A stretch of DNA of 6,025 bases from a virus (taxonomy: Duplodnaviria; Heunggongvirae; Uroviricota; Caudoviricetes): IMG/VR virus record IMGVR_UViG_2695420792_000002; one strand, given 5' to 3'. The position numbers and the translations under genes were made by a program. The notes under the pieces were generated by a model that saw only the letters and a list, made by a program, of their open reading frames with translations, did not search any database and had not been told where the DNA came from. This document shows positions 5,968-6,025 of the stretch, in pieces (the stretch's first letter is position 1; each line of letters starts with the position of its first letter).

Positions 5968-6025
5968 ATGGAAGTCAACAAAAAGCAGCTGGCTGACATT
6001 TTCGGTGCGAGTATCCGTACCATTC
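5968..6025 (+). CDS. nu1: Terminase small subunit Nu1, N-terminal 19 codons only (continues beyond the window)
   Basis: ATG at 5968; translation MEVNKKQLADIFGASIRTI is identical to the lambda gpNu1 N-terminus as I recall it; located just downstream of cosB. Confidence 0.85.
   Translation, partial: MEVNKKQLADIFGASIRTI

Noticed and set aside
1-6025. Searched for CRISPR arrays, tRNA or rRNA genes, IS elements and integrase att sites
   Set aside because: No direct-repeat/spacer arrays, no tRNA-like structure, no transposase ORF or terminal inverted repeats typical of IS elements were found.

Overview
The window reads as the late-regulatory, lysis and packaging junction of a lambdoid prophage of the E. 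coli DLP12 / phage-21 type. In order: the tail of the nin region (an upstream ORF end, ninE, ybcO, rusA, ylcG, all translationally coupled), a Q-type antiterminator (quuD-like), a cluster of four hairpins, an intact OmpC-family porin on the opposite strand (nmpC/Lc-type lysogenic-conversion moron) with a long AT-rich upstream region, a phage-21-type lysis cassette (dual-start pinholin, SAR endolysin, Rz with embedded Rz1), bor lipoprotein on the opposite strand, a small DUF3950/YlcI-like gene, a lambda-type cos site (cosN GGGCGGCGACCT with R3/R2/R1 repeats) and the first 19 codons of terminase small subunit Nu1. All identifications come from reading and translating the sequence and recalling known protein sequences; no database search was run. 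I do not see a clearly novel multi-gene system. The least explained parts are the hairpin array between Q and the porin, the 588-bp AT-rich spacer upstream of the porin, and an ORF-free segment between bor and the ylcI-like gene that carries a perfect 10-bp inverted repeat.
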